This document shows, one piece after another, positions 22,632-33,849 of a stretch of DNA of 64,000 nucleotides. The position numbers and the translations under genes are program-made. A model generated the notes under the pieces. That model worked only from the letters and a program-made list of their open reading frames with translations, ran no database searches and was not told the origin of the DNA. The DNA comes from Escherichia coli (GTDB lineage: Bacteria; Pseudomonadota; Gammaproteobacteria; Enterobacterales; Enterobacteriaceae): NCBI RefSeq assembly GCF_044324785.1, contig NZ_CP172127.1. One strand, written 5' to 3'. The stretch's first letter is position 1. Each line of letters starts with the position of its first letter.

Positions 22632-25600
22632 TTACTGCGCCTGCACGCGCAACTCTGCTGCGCTACGACTACGGTGACCCAGCAGTGCTTTTACATCACT
22701 GGACTTCGGTTTAACCAGCGCAAATTTAGTGGCGAAGGTTGACCAGTTCGCCAGAATCTCTTCACCGCGCTGAGAGCCAGTATGCTGAACATGCTCGGTG
22801 ATAAGACCACGCAGATGCTCTTCATGGATTGCCAGATCGTCAACGCTTAAGACCTCGACCAGTTCCGGGTTAACGCGTTTGCGGAAATCGCCGCTTTCAT
22901 CGAGAACGTAAGCGAAGCCACCGGTCATGCCCGCGCCGAAATTCACGCCGGTTTTACCCAGAATACAGACGATACCGCCCGTCATATATTCACAGCCGTT
23001 GTCGCCAATGCCTTCTACCACGGTGATAGCACCGGAGTTCCGCACGCCGAAACGTTCACCCGCGCGGCCTGCGGCATACAGACGACCACCGGTCGCGCCA
23101 TACAGGCAGGTGTTGCCGATAATGCTTGCTTCGTGGCTGCGGAAGGCTGAGCCAACCGGAGGACGAATGGCGATTAAGCCGCCCGCCATGCCTTTACCAA
23201 CATAGTCGTTGGCATCACCGGTCAGGTACAGTTCCACGCCGCCCGCGTTCCACACGCCGAAGCTCTGGCCTGCGGTGCCGTTGAAGTACGCTTTGATCGG
23301 ATCGGCTGCCAGCCCCTGATCGCCGTGCGTCTGGGCGATATAGCCTGAAAGCGATGCGCCGACAGAACGGTCGGTGTTGCGAATATCGAACCAGAAGGTT
23401 TTGCTCTGGCGTTCATCGACAAACGGTTTCGCCTGTTGCAGCAACTGCGCGTTCAGCAGACCGTTATCAAACGGCGGGTTGTTTTCGGTGCAGTAAAGTG
23501 CCTTACCAGCATGCGGCTCGGCAGTCTCCAGCAGCTTCGACAGTGCCAGTTTCTGCTGTTTGGCGGTGAAACCGTCCAGCTCTTTCAGCAGGTCGGTGCG
23601 ACCAATCAGATCCACCAGACGCGTTACCCCCAGCTGTGCCATCAGCTCGCGGGTTTCACGAGCGATAAACTCAAAGTAATTCGTCACCTTGAATGGCAGG
23701 CCGTGATAGTGATTCTTACGCAGTTTGTCATCCTGAGTTGCCACACCCGTTGCGCAGTTGTTCAGGTGGCAAATACGCAGATATTTACAGCCGAGCGCCA
23801 CCATTGGGCCAGTGCCGAAGCCGAAGCTTTCTGCGCCGAGAATCGCCGCTTTGATTATATCAACGCCGGTTTTCAGGCCGCCATCGACCTGCAAACGGAT
23901 TTTATGACGTAAACCGTTGGCAACCAGCGCCTGTTGGGTTTCCACCAGGCCGAGTTCCCACGGGCAGCCTGCATATTTCACTGACGACAGCGGGCTTGCG
24001 CCGGTGCCGCCGTCATAGCCCGCGATGGTGATCAAGTCCGCATAAGCTTTCGCCACGCCAGTCGCGATGGTGCCAACGCCTGGTTCGGACACCAGCTTCA
24101 CGGAGATCATCGCTTTCGGGTTAACCTGCTTGAGGTCGAAAATAAGCTGCGCTAAGTCTTCGATAGAGTAGATATCGTGGTGCGGCGGCGGGGAGATCAG
24201 CGTCACTCCGGGCACCGAATAGCGCAGTTTGGCGATGTAAGGAGTGACTTTGTCGCCCGGCAACTGACCGCCTTCGCCCGGCTTCGCGCCCTGGGCGACT
24301 TTAATCTGAATGACGTCAGCATTGACCAGGTACGCCGGAGTAACGCCGAAGCGACCAGAAGCCACCTGCTTGATGCGCGACACTTTGTTAGTGCCGTAGC
24401 GCGCCGGATCTTCACCACCTTCACCGGAGTTGGAGTTGCCGCCAATGCTGTTCATCGCTTCCGCCAGCGCCTCGTGGGCTTCCGGGCTTAACGCGCCGAT
24501 AGACATTGCGGCGGTATCGAAGCGTTTAAACAGTTCGCTTGCCGGTTCAACATCAGCAATGTTGACTGCGTTTTCACCCGGCGTAATTGCCAGCAGATCG
24601 CGCAGCGTGGTTGCCGGACGCTCATTAACCAGCTTCGCGTATTCCTGATAGTCGCTGTACTCGCCGCTTTGTACCGCCTGTTGCAGTGTGCGCACCACGT
24701 CTGGGTTGTAGGCGTGGTATTCGCCGCCGTGCACATATTTCAGCAGGCCGCCCTGGCTGATGGGCTTACGCGCCAGCCAGGCACGTTTCGACAGATTCAG
24801 CAGATCCTGCTGGAAGTCTTCAAAGCTTGCCCCGCCAATGCGGCTGACCGCGCCCTGGAAGCACAGGCCCACTACATCATCGTGTAGACCGACCGCTTCA
24901 AACAGTTTCGAGCAGCGGTAAGAGGCGATGGTGGAGATGCCCATTTTGGACATGATTTTGTACAAGCCTTTGTTGATGCCGTTACGGTAGTTGAGCATCA
25001 CGGTACGATAATCTTTGGCAATCGCGTGGGTGTCTACCAGGCGGCCCAGCGTTTCATAGGCAAGGTACGGATAAATAGCCGTCGCACCGAAGCCCAGCAA
25101 CACGGCGAAGTGGTGCGGATCGCGGGCGCTGGCGGTTTCGACGATGATGTTGGCATCGCAACGCAGGCTTTGATCGACCAGACGGGTCTGGATCGCGCCA
25201 ACCGCCATCGGGGCTGGAACCGGCAGGCGATCTTTAGCGATATTCCTGTCGGAGAGCACCAGCAGCACAGTGCCGCTACGTACCATTTTTTCAGCTTTGT
25301 CGCACAGCTCTTTGACCGTCGCTTCGAGCGTGGTTTTAGTGACGTCAAAGGTGATATCCAGTGTATCTGCGCGGTAGTGCTCCTCTTTCATCGTCGTGAG
25401 CTGTTTGAAATCGGAGTAGAGCAGAATCGGCGATTTAAAGCTTAAACGGTGCGCCTGGCCCTCTGCTTCGCAAAAGACGTTCATTTCACGACCGATACTG
25501 GTGGCGAGCGACATAACATGCGCTTCACGCAGCGGGTCGATTGGCGGGTTAGTCACCTGGGCAAACTGCTGGCGGAAGTAATCGTAAATAATGCGCGGCT

Positions 25601-27185
25601 GACTGGAGAGCACGGCGAATGGGGTGTCGTCGCCCATCGAACCGACCGCTTCCTGACCGTTTTCGCCCAGTACGCGAATTACGGAGTCCAGCTCTTCCGC
25701 GCTGTAGTTAAACTGTTTCTGGTAGCTGGCAAGTGTGTCGTCGTCCAGTTCGCGGCTACCCACTTCTTCATCGGGCAGATCTTCAAACGGTACCAGTCGG
25801 CGGACGTTTTTCTCCATCCACTCTTTATATGGATGGCGGCTTTTTAGATCGTCATCAGTTTCTGCCGAGTGCAGAATACGCCCACTGCGGGTGTCGATAA
25901 CCATCAGTTCGCCTGGCCCGACGCGGCCTTTTTCGACCACTTCGTCAGGCTGATAATCCCAGATACCGACTTCAGAGGCGCAGGTGATGAGCTTATCTTT
26001 GGTGATGACGTAGCGCGCCGGACGCAGACCGTTACGGTCGAGGTTACAGGCGGCAAAACGACCGTCAGACATCACGATGCCTGCCGGGCCATCCCACGGC
26101 TCCATATGCATGGAGTTAAAGTCAAAGAAGGCGCGCAGTTCCGGGTCCATATCCGGGTTGTTCTGCCAGGCTGGTGGCACTAATAGACGCATGGCACGGA
26201 TGATATCCATCCCGCCTGCCAGCAGGAGTTCCAGCATGTTATCCATCGAACTGGAGTCAGAGCCGGTTTCGTTGACGAACGGCGCGGCGTCGTGCAGGTC
26301 AGGGATAAGCGGCGTCTGGAATTTATAGGTACGCGCACGCGCCCATTGGCGGTTACCGGTGATGGTGTTGATTTCACCGTTATGCGCCAGGTAGCGGAAC
26401 GGCTGCGCCAGCGGCCAGCGCGGTACGGTGTTAGTGGAAAAGCGCTGGTGAAACAGGCAGATGGCCGATTCCAGACGCAGGTCCGCGAGGTCCAGGTAGA
26501 AGCGCGGCAGATCCGCAGGCATACACAGACCTTTATAAATATTGACCAGATTCGACAGGCTACAGACGTAGAAGTCTTTGTCGGCTTCGAGACGCTTTTC
26601 AATGCGGCGGCGGGCGATAAACAGACGGCGCTCCATATCGCGCGGACGCCAGCCTGCCGGGGCGTTCACAAAAATTTGCTCAATGCGTGGCAGAGAGGAG
26701 AGGGCGATTTCACCCAGCACGCCTTCGTTAGTGGGGACATCACGCCAGCCCACAATCGATAAGGTTTCGCGTTGCAGCTCTTCTTCAACGATGCGGCGTG
26801 CGGCAGCGGCGAGTTCAGGATCTTTATTCAGGAATAGCATCCCGACGGCGTAGTTTTTCGCTAAACGCCAGCCGCGCTCCTGCGCAACGATGCGAAAAAA
26901 GCGATCCGGTTTTTGTAACAGCAAGCCGCAACCGTCACCGGTTTTACCATCGGCGAGAATCGCGCCACGGTGCTGCATGCGGGCCAGTGCGTGTATTGCA
27001 GTACGCACTACCTTGTGGCTAGGTTCGCCTTCTATGTGGGCGATCAGGCCGAAACCACAGTTATCCCTCTCAAGGGATTTATCGTACAACATATCGTGAA
27101 CCTCCCCCAGGCTCTGCGGGAACCCCACTTCCGAACCGCTGCGCACGGGCACAGAAAGAGCGTGGCGACGGGGTTTGCGTGTCAT
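22632..27185 (-). CDS. gltB: glutamate synthase (NADPH) large subunit
   Basis: ORF 22632..27254 (1540 aa); start set at ATG 27183-27185 (MTRKPRRHALSV..., 1517 aa) with GAGG 8 nt upstream; catalytic Cys of the amidotransferase domain in ...ERDNCGFGLIAHIEG; the internal ATG at 27092 is an alternative. Confidence 0.93.
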   Translation of the reverse strand: MTRKPRRHALSVPVRSGSEVGFPQSLGEVHDMLYDKSLERDNCGFGLIAHIEGEPSHKVVRTAIHALARMQHRGAILADGKTGDGCGLLLQKPDRFFRIVAQERGWRLAKNYAVGMLFLNKDPELAAAARRIVEEELQRETLSIVGWRDVPTNEGVLGEIALSSLPRIEQIFVNAPAGWRPRDMERRLFIARRRIEKRLEADKDFYVCSLSNLVNIYKGLCMPADLPRFYLDLADLRLESAICLFHQRFSTNTVPRWPLAQPFRYLAHNGEINTITGNRQWARARTYKFQTPLIPDLHDAAPFVNETGSDSSSMDNMLELLLAGGMDIIRAMRLLVPPAWQNNPDMDPELRAFFDFNSMHMEPWDGPAGIVMSDGRFAACNLDRNGLRPARYVITKDKLITCASEVGIWDYQPDEVVEKGRVGPGELMVIDTRSGRILHSAETDDDLKSRHPYKEWMEKNVRRLVPFEDLPDEEVGSRELDDDTLASYQKQFNYSAEELDSVIRVLGENGQEAVGSMGDDTPFAVLSSQPRIIYDYFRQQFAQVTNPPIDPLREAHVMSLATSIGREMNVFCEAEGQAHRLSFKSPILLYSDFKQLTTMKEEHYRADTLDITFDVTKTTLEATVKELCDKAEKMVRSGTVLLVLSDRNIAKDRLPVPAPMAVGAIQTRLVDQSLRCDANIIVETASARDPHHFAVLLGFGATAIYPYLAYETLGRLVDTHAIAKDYRTVMLNYRNGINKGLYKIMSKMGISTIASYRCSKLFEAVGLHDDVVGLCFQGAVSRIGGASFEDFQQDLLNLSKRAWLARKPISQGGLLKYVHGGEYHAYNPDVVRTLQQAVQSGEYSDYQEYAKLVNERPATTLRDLLAITPGENAVNIADVEPASELFKRFDTAAMSIGALSPEAHEALAEAMNSIGGNSNSGEGGEDPARYGTNKVSRIKQVASGRFGVTPAYLVNADVIQIKVAQGAKPGEGGQLPGDKVTPYIAKLRYSVPGVTLISPPPHHDIYSIEDLAQLIFDLKQVNPKAMISVKLVSEPGVGTIATGVAKAYADLITIAGYDGGTGASPLSSVKYAGCPWELGLVETQQALVANGLRHKIRLQVDGGLKTGVDIIKAAILGAESFGFGTGPMVALGCKYLRICHLNNCATGVATQDDKLRKNHYHGLPFKVTNYFEFIARETRELMAQLGVTRLVDLIGRTDLLKELDGFTAKQQKLALSKLLETAEPHAGKALYCTENNPPFDNGLLNAQLLQQAKPFVDERQSKTFWFDIRNTDRSVGASLSGYIAQTHGDQGLAADPIKAYFNGTAGQSFGVWNAGGVELYLTGDANDYVGKGMAGGLIAIRPPVGSAFRSHEASIIGNTCLYGATGGRLYAAGRAGERFGVRNSGAITVVEGIGDNGCEYMTGGIVCILGKTGVNFGAGMTGGFAYVLDESGDFRKRVNPELVEVLSVDDLAIHEEHLRGLITEHVQHTGSQRGEEILANWSTFATKFALVKPKSSDVKALLGHRSRSAAELRVQAQ

Positions 27186-27765
27186 ACGCGCGCCTCGCAT
27201 TCGCCCCCTTGTTGTCCTTTCGCATCGGTTAATACGGTGAAGAGGGGATCTCAATTACTGCATAAATATGATGAGCAGGCTGCTCATCCAGAAAGCTTCC
27301 AGCGGATTTCCAACTTATCGGGAAAGCTGATACAGGTCAAATGGCAAGCTTATTGGTACAGAAATGTGCTTTAGCGCAAAATTCTTTATTAATTAGCTGA
27401 AATTAAAATAGATTTTCTATTTAAGACTAAAAGGGGAGTCGTTAGAGAAACAGCCAATTCCTGACTGTCATAAAGGCGTGTTAACCCTTATCCTGCCTTG
27501 AACTGGCGAGAAAACCAGCATTTTATACTGCCTTAATTGGTAATGACGTTTCATGCTACTGTTTTTGCCTAAAATCCATAAGGCGATAAAAAAATCTGAC
27601 ACAAGATAAGCAAAAATGATTTATGTGATCATGCATGAAATTTCGGTAATTTTGATTGATTATGCAGTTGATAAAAGCGGTCCGGGACGATTGATCCAGG
27701 TCATCGCCGAATTGAGCTAAAAATGGCAGGCTTTGGCCTCTTTTCAAGGCGCGGTCTATCAGATT

Positions 27766-28695
27766 ATGCAGTTACAGAAATTAGTCAATATGTTTGGTGG
27801 TGATCTCACCCGTCGTTATGGGCAAAAGGTGCATAAGCTGACGCTGCACGGCGGTTTTAGCTGCCCTAACCGTGACGGTACCATCGGGCGTGGTGGCTGC
27901 ACATTCTGTAATGTTGCCTCGTTTGCCGATGAAGCGCAGCAGCATCGTTCCATTGCCGAACAACTGGCGCACCAGGCGAATTTAGTTAACCGCGCTAAAC
28001 GCTATCTGGCCTACTTTCAGGCGTATACCAGCACCTTTGCGGAAGTTCAGGTGTTGCGTTCTATGTATCAGCAGGCGGTGAGCCAGGCCAATATTGTCGG
28101 TTTGTGTGTTGGTACCCGCCCGGACTGCGTGCCGGATGCGGTGCTGGATCTGCTTTGTGAATATAAAGACCAGGGCTACGAAGTGTGGCTGGAGCTGGGG
28201 CTGCAAACCGCGCACGACAAAACGCTACATCGCATCAATCGCGGTCATGATTTCGCCTGTTATCAGCGCACGACGCAACTGGCACGCCAGCGCGGGCTGA
28301 AAGTGTGCTCGCATTTAATTGTTGGCCTGCCTGGCGAAGGGCAGACGGAATGTTTGCAAACGCTGGAGCGAGTGGTTGAAACCGGCGTGGACGGCATAAA
28401 GCTGCATCCGCTGCATATTGTGAAAGGCAGTATTATGGCGAAAGCCTGGGAAGCGGGGCGTTTCAACGGTATTGAACTGGAGGATTACACGTTCACTGCC
28501 GGAGAAATGATTCGCCATACGCCACCGGAAGTGATCTACCACCGCATTTCCGCCAGCGCCCGTCGCCCGACGTTGCTTGCTCCGCTGTGGTGCGAAAATC
28601 GATGGACGGGAATGGTCGAGCTGGATCGCTATCTGAATGAACATGGCGTACAGGGATCGGCGCTGGGACGCCCGTGGCTACCTCCAACGGAGTAG
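27766..28695 (+). CDS. yhcC: radical-SAM family protein YhcC
   Basis: ORF 27733..28695 trimmed to ATG 27766 (MQLQKLVNMFGGDL...), 309 aa; CPNRDGTIGRGGCTFC cysteine motif; divergent from gltB. Confidence 0.9.
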   Translation: MQLQKLVNMFGGDLTRRYGQKVHKLTLHGGFSCPNRDGTIGRGGCTFCNVASFADEAQQHRSIAEQLAHQANLVNRAKRYLAYFQAYTSTFAEVQVLRSMYQQAVSQANIVGLCVGTRPDCVPDAVLDLLCEYKDQGYEVWLELGLQTAHDKTLHRINRGHDFACYQRTTQLARQRGLKVCSHLIVGLPGEGQTECLQTLERVVETGVDGIKLHPLHIVKGSIMAKAWEAGRFNGIELEDYTFTAGEMIRHTPPEVIYHRISASARRPTLLAPLWCENRWTGMVELDRYLNEHGVQGSALGRPWLPPTE

Positions 28696-28790
28696 ACCAT
28701 TGAGGGGAATTCCGCATTTCTCACACAATTTATAACGTAACTGTCAGAATTGGGTATTATTGGGGCAGGTTGTCGTGAAGGAATTCCCTA

Positions 28791-31127
28791 ATGAAGCAAA
28801 TTCGTCTGCTGGCGCAGTATTATGTTGACCTGATGATGAAGTTAGGTCTGGTGCGCTTCTCAATGTTGCTGGCGCTGGCCCTCGTCGTTCTTGCCATTGT
28901 GGTACAAATGGCAGTGACCATGGTGCTGCATGGTCAGGTCGAAAGCATTGATGTTATTCGTTCTATCTTCTTTGGTTTGCTGATTACGCCGTGGGCGGTC
29001 TACTTTCTATCGGTGGTTGTCGAGCAACTGGAGGAGTCACGGCAACGTCTGTCACGGCTGGTGCAAAAACTGGAGGAGATGCGCGAGCGCGATTTGAGCC
29101 TCAACGTTCAGTTAAAAGATAATATTGCCCAGCTAAATCAGGAAATCGCCGTTCGTGAAAAAGCGGAAGCAGAACTGCAGGAAACCTTCGGCCAACTGAA
29201 AATTGAAATTAAAGAGCGCGAAGAGACACAAATTCAGCTCGAACAGCAATCCTCATTCTTACGTTCCTTCCTTGATGCTTCACCCGACCTGGTTTTTTAT
29301 CGTAACGAAGATAAAGAGTTTTCCGGCTGTAACCGCGCGATGGAGCTGCTGACCGGAAAAAGCGAAAAACAACTGGTTCACCTGAAACCTGCTGATGTTT
29401 ACTCACCGGAAGCCGCTGCGAAAGTCATTGAAACCGATGAAAAAGTGTTCCGTCATAATGTGTCACTGACCTATGAGCAGTGGCTGGATTATCCCGACGG
29501 ACGCAAAGCCTGCTTTGAAATCCGTAAAGTGCCGTACTACGACCGCGTGGGTAAACGTCACGGTTTGATGGGCTTTGGTCGCGACATTACCGAGCGTAAG
29601 CGGTATCAGGATGCACTTGAACGCGCCAGCCGCGACAAAACGACGTTTATCTCCACCATCAGTCACGAATTGCGTACACCGCTGAACGGTATCGTCGGCC
29701 TGAGCCGCATTCTGCTGGATACCGAACTCACCGCCGAGCAGGAAAAATATCTCAAAACCATCCATGTTTCTGCCGTCACGCTGGGGAATATCTTTAACGA
29801 TATTATCGACATGGATAAGATGGAACGGCGCAAGGTCCAGCTTGATAATCAACCGGTTGATTTCACCAGCTTCCTTGCCGATCTGGAAAATCTCTCCGCA
29901 TTGCAGGCGCAACAAAAAGGATTGCGCTTTAATCTGGAGCCTACGCTGCCATTACCGCATCAGGTCATTACCGACGGGACGCGTTTACGGCAAATCCTGT
30001 GGAACCTCATCAGTAACGCCGTCAAATTCACCCAGCAAGGCCAGGTTACCGTGCGCGTGCGCTACGATGAAGGCGATATGCTGCATTTTGAAGTGGAAGA
30101 CTCTGGTATCGGCATTCCGCAGGATGAGCTGGATAAAATCTTCGCCATGTATTACCAGGTGAAAGACAGTCATGGCGGTAAACCTGCCACCGGCACCGGT
30201 ATTGGTCTGGCCGTTTCTCGTCGTCTGGCGAAAAATATGGGCGGCGATATTACGGTTACCAGCGAACAGGGCAAAGGTTCAACCTTTACGTTGACGATCC
30301 ACGCACCGTCGGTGGCAGAAGAGGTCGATGATGCGTTTGATGAAGACGATATGCCTTTACCGGCGCTGAATGTGCTGCTGGTGGAAGACATTGAACTGAA
30401 CGTGATTGTCGCGCGTTCTGTGCTGGAAAAATTAGGTAACAGCGTTGATGTCGCCATGACCGGCAAGGCGGCGCTGGAGATGTTTAAACCGGGCGAATAC
30501 GACCTGGTATTGCTGGATATTCAGTTGCCAGATATGACCGGGCTGGATATCTCTCGTGAACTGACGAAGCGTTATCCGCGCGAGGATTTACCGCCGCTGG
30601 TGGCCTTAACCGCTAACGTGCTGAAAGACAAACAAGAGTACCTCAATGCTGGAATGGATGATGTGCTGAGTAAGCCGCTTTCTGTTCCGGCGCTAACCGC
30701 GATGATCAAGAAATTCTGGGATACCCAGGATGATGAGGAGAGTACGGTGACGACAGAAGAGAACAGTAAATCAGAAGCATTGCTCGATATTCCCATGCTG
30801 GAACAGTATCTCGAACTTGTAGGACCGAAGCTGATCACCGACGGGTTAGCGGTGTTTGAGAAGATGATGCCGGGCTATGTCAGCGTGCTGGAGTCGAATC
30901 TGACGGCGCAGGATAAAAAAGGCATTGTTGAGGAAGGACATAAAATTAAAGGTGCGGCGGGGTCAGTGGGGTTACGCCATCTGCAACAGCTGGGTCAGCA
31001 AATTCAGTCTCCTGACCTTCCCGCCTGGGAAGATAACGTCGGTGAATGGATTGAAGAGATGAAAGAAGAGTGGCGTCACGACGTAGAAGTGCTGAAAGCG
31101 TGGGTGGCAAAAGCCACTAAAAAATGA
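28791..31127 (+). CDS. arcB: aerobic respiration control sensor kinase ArcB (hybrid histidine kinase)
   Basis: 778-aa ORF: TM region, PAS, HisKA (SHELRTPLN), HATPase, receiver and HPt domains. Confidence 0.97.
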   Translation: MKQIRLLAQYYVDLMMKLGLVRFSMLLALALVVLAIVVQMAVTMVLHGQVESIDVIRSIFFGLLITPWAVYFLSVVVEQLEESRQRLSRLVQKLEEMRERDLSLNVQLKDNIAQLNQEIAVREKAEAELQETFGQLKIEIKEREETQIQLEQQSSFLRSFLDASPDLVFYRNEDKEFSGCNRAMELLTGKSEKQLVHLKPADVYSPEAAAKVIETDEKVFRHNVSLTYEQWLDYPDGRKACFEIRKVPYYDRVGKRHGLMGFGRDITERKRYQDALERASRDKTTFISTISHELRTPLNGIVGLSRILLDTELTAEQEKYLKTIHVSAVTLGNIFNDIIDMDKMERRKVQLDNQPVDFTSFLADLENLSALQAQQKGLRFNLEPTLPLPHQVITDGTRLRQILWNLISNAVKFTQQGQVTVRVRYDEGDMLHFEVEDSGIGIPQDELDKIFAMYYQVKDSHGGKPATGTGIGLAVSRRLAKNMGGDITVTSEQGKGSTFTLTIHAPSVAEEVDDAFDEDDMPLPALNVLLVEDIELNVIVARSVLEKLGNSVDVAMTGKAALEMFKPGEYDLVLLDIQLPDMTGLDISRELTKRYPREDLPPLVALTANVLKDKQEYLNAGMDDVLSKPLSVPALTAMIKKFWDTQDDEESTVTTEENSKSEALLDIPMLEQYLELVGPKLITDGLAVFEKMMPGYVSVLESNLTAQDKKGIVEEGHKIKGAAGSVGLRHLQQLGQQIQSPDLPAWEDNVGEWIEEMKEEWRHDVEVLKAWVAKATKK

Positions 31128-31239
31128 CCCCGGCTAGACCGGGGTGCGCGAATACTGCGCCAACACCAGGGAAATCTTGGCTGCGCCGTAAATTATTATG
31201 ATGAGTTACAAGGGCACAGCACTGTTTTTCAGGCCGCAC
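31119..31239 (-). ncRNA. arcZ: ArcZ sRNA (RyhA/SraH), Hfq-dependent
   Basis: Minus-strand sequence gtgcggcctgaaaaacagtgctgtgccc...ccccggtctagccggggtcatttttt recognised as ArcZ, 121 nt, 3' terminator hairpin; its 3' end overlaps the arcB stop codon on the opposite strand. Confidence 0.85.
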
Positions 31240-31356
31240 GCAGTTAAGATAGCAAAACTTAAATGATTTGTTACATGAATCAGTTAAATGTGTGATGCGT
31301 AGCATTTTTATTAAAAAAATTAATGTGTTTCAGTCAATTGCGAAAGGATGATCACA

Positions 31357-32010
31357 ATGAAGAAAATTGGCGTAATTCTGAGCGGATGCGGCGTCTATGA
31401 CGGTTCTGAAATTCATGAAGCGGTGTTGACGTTGTTAGCTATTTCACGCAGCGGTGCACAGGCGGTCTGCTTTGCACCGGATAAACAGCAGGTTGATGTT
31501 ATCAACCATTTAACTGGCGAAGCGATGACGGAAACGCGCAATGTGCTGATTGAAGCGGCACGAATAACGCGCGGTGAAATCCGTCCTCTGGCCCAGGCTG
31601 ATGCTGCTGAACTGGATGCGTTGATTGTGCCGGGGGGTTTTGGCGCGGCAAAGAATTTAAGCAATTTTGCCAGTCTTGGTAGCGAATGCACCGTTGACCG
31701 TGAATTAAAGGCGCTGGCACAAGCGATGCATCAGGCCGGAAAACCGCTTGGTTTTATGTGTATTGCCCCGGCGATGCTGCCGAAAATTTTCGATTTCCCG
31801 CTGCGTTTGACCATCGGTACTGATATTGATACCGCAGAAGTGCTGGAAGAGATGGGCGCGGAGCATGTGCCGTGTCCTGTCGATGATATCGTGGTTGATG
31901 AAGACAATAAGATTGTCACCACCCCGGCATATATGCTGGCGCAGAACATTGCAGAAGCGGCGAGCGGCATTGATAAGCTGGTTTCCCGCGTGCTGGTCCT
32001 GGCGGAATGA
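31357..32010 (+). CDS. elbB: DJ-1/PfpI-family glyoxalase-like protein ElbB
   Basis: ORF 31348..32010; second ATG at 31357 ([21 protein letters not shown]) has AGGA at proper spacing, 217 aa. Confidence 0.9.
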   Translation: MKKIGVILSGCGVYDGSEIHEAVLTLLAISRSGAQAVCFAPDKQQVDVINHLTGEAMTETRNVLIEAARITRGEIRPLAQADAAELDALIVPGGFGAAKNLSNFASLGSECTVDRELKALAQAMHQAGKPLGFMCIAPAMLPKIFDFPLRLTIGTDIDTAEVLEEMGAEHVPCPVDDIVVDEDNKIVTTPAYMLAQNIAEAASGIDKLVSRVLVLAE

Positions 32011-32735
32011 GTAAAAGCCGCTTAACGGTGTTTAGTTTCATTCGCCGTTTTCTTCTGCGGTTAATGGTTGTCCTCGCCGTTTTCTGGGGCGGGGGCATTG
32101 CGTTGTTTAGCGTTGCGCCTGTTCCTTTCTCTGCGGTAATGGTCGAGCGGCAAGTCAGCGCCTGGCTGCATGGCAATTTTCGTTACGTGGCACATTCTGA
32201 CTGGGTCAACATGGATCAAATCTCGCCGTGGATGGGACTGGCGGTGATTGCCGCAGAAGATCAGAAGTTTCCTGAGCACTGGGGCTTTGATGTCGCTTCC
32301 ATTGAGCAAGCCCTGGCGCACAACGAGCGCAATGAAAACCGTATTCGCGGTGCTTCAACGATTTCTCAGCAGACGGCCAAAAATCTCTTTTTATGGGATG
32401 GGCGTAGCTGGGTTCGAAAAGGGCTGGAAGCTGGATTAACGCTGGGGATAGAAACGGTCTGGAGCAAAAAGCGTATCCTGACGGTTTACCTGAATATCGC
32501 CGAATTTGGCGACGGTGTGTTTGGCGTCGAAGCTGCGGCACAACGTTATTTCCACAAACCCGCGAGCAAACTTACCCGCTCGGAAGCTGCATTACTGGCT
32601 GCTGTATTACCTAATCCACTTCGTTTCAAAGTCTCCGCGCCATCGGGCTACGTGCGTAGCCGTCAGGCGTGGATTTTACGGCAGATGTATCAGTTAGGCG
32701 GTGAGTCGTTTATGCAACAGCACCAGCTGGATTAA
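32007..32735 (+). CDS. mtgA: monofunctional peptidoglycan glycosyltransferase
   Basis: 242-aa ORF with N-terminal TM helix and GT51 motifs; ATGA overlap with elbB stop. Confidence 0.93.
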   Translation: MSKSRLTVFSFIRRFLLRLMVVLAVFWGGGIALFSVAPVPFSAVMVERQVSAWLHGNFRYVAHSDWVNMDQISPWMGLAVIAAEDQKFPEHWGFDVASIEQALAHNERNENRIRGASTISQQTAKNLFLWDGRSWVRKGLEAGLTLGIETVWSKKRILTVYLNIAEFGDGVFGVEAAAQRYFHKPASKLTRSEAALLAAVLPNPLRFKVSAPSGYVRSRQAWILRQMYQLGGESFMQQHQLD

Positions 32736-33364
32736 GCTTCGCGCGAAGTGAGGGCCAGCGTTTTGCTCTCACGAGGTTGCAGATCTTTCTGCAGGGCAAT
32801 AGCCAGCGCCGGTTGGGCGATAAATCGTTTCCATAACCGCTCTTGCTTACGCAGACAACACCACTTCGACCAGGTCGCCAGTGGAATCAATGTGCTTTCA
32901 CCAATGTTGTCGCAGACGACTGGGATAACCTCTGACTCACTGATGCGGTGACAGAGGATATTCTGCGGCTTCAGCGACATCGTCACGATACGGTTATCCT
33001 GCAAATAACGCTTCAGCTGTTTCAGTAACTGGCGCAGTTGTGCAATGTCTTCTTCGTAACGGCATTGTTCTGCAAATTCGGTCAGCGTAATGGAAGGCTT
33101 GCCGTCGAAATCGGCAATCACATCGTAGACATAACCGGTTCCGCAATCCGTCTCAACGGTACCGTGATAGCGCGGTATTCCACTCCAGTCTTTTAACCGG
33201 CGACCAAGATGCGCGTAGTACTTTAACTCACGGCGGATCTCTTTATCGCCACCATCGCCACGATGGTAGACAATCTTGATACAGCGTTGGGCATCTTCCG
33301 GATGCGCATAACATTTCCGATGTCTTCCGGTGCCCAGGGGACTTTGTTCAGATAAGCGAATCAT
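32732..33364 (-). CDS. yrbL: PhoP-regulated uncharacterised protein YrbL
   Basis: 210-aa [27 protein letters not shown]...; PhoP-box-like direct repeat upstream; convergent 4-nt overlap with mtgA. Confidence 0.88.
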   Translation of the reverse strand: MIRLSEQSPLGTGRHRKCYAHPEDAQRCIKIVYHRGDGGDKEIRRELKYYAHLGRRLKDWSGIPRYHGTVETDCGTGYVYDVIADFDGKPSITLTEFAEQCRYEEDIAQLRQLLKQLKRYLQDNRIVTMSLKPQNILCHRISESEVIPVVCDNIGESTLIPLATWSKWCCLRKQERLWKRFIAQPALAIALQKDLQPRESKTLALTSREA

Positions 33365-33414
33365 GCCATCTCCTGGAAATATTTTCTGACGATCTCCAGT
33401 ATGGTCGATTAACT

Positions 33415-33431
33415 TAAACGAAACCTAAACA
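33415..33431 (-). promoter_or_regulatory. putative PhoP box in yrbL promoter
   Basis: Minus-strand TGTTTA-ggttt-CGTTTA: two hexamers spaced 5 nt, 51-67 nt upstream of the yrbL ATG. Confidence 0.6.
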
Positions 33432-33576
33432 ATGCTTCTTAAGGTTTTCTTAAGGTTCTTCTGAAAGTAAAAAGCGCACGAAATGTACAATTGACGTTGA
33501 TTGAGAACGATTTCAGTACGCGCTTTTCTTATTGCCGGGGGAGCTTGAAGGGATTTGAATGTCAAAGTGATGAAGA

Positions 33577-33849
33577 TTAATCTTCATCAAAACCAGAATT
33601 AAAGAGGGCGATAACGGCGGCCAGTGCTTCCTCTTCCTGTGGACCGGTGGCTTCAACTTCAATCTGCCGTCCTTTGGCAGAATCCAGCATCAGCAGTGCA
33701 ATAACGCTGTTGGCTTCAGCCTCGGTGCCTTCGTCATTACGTAACAGCACTTCAGCGTCAAAACCCTGCATTAATTCAAACAGCTTCATTGCAGGCCGGG
33801 CATGCATGCCCAGCTTGTTTGTGATTTCAACAGTTTGCTTGACGGTCAT
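33577..33849 (-). CDS. ptsO: nitrogen-PTS phosphocarrier protein NPr
   Basis: 90-aa HPr-like [23 protein letters not shown]. Confidence 0.94.

Noticed and set aside
31117-31305. 62-aa ORF on minus strand downstream of arcB
   Set aside because: Coincides with the ArcZ sRNA; the transcript is a known non-coding RNA.
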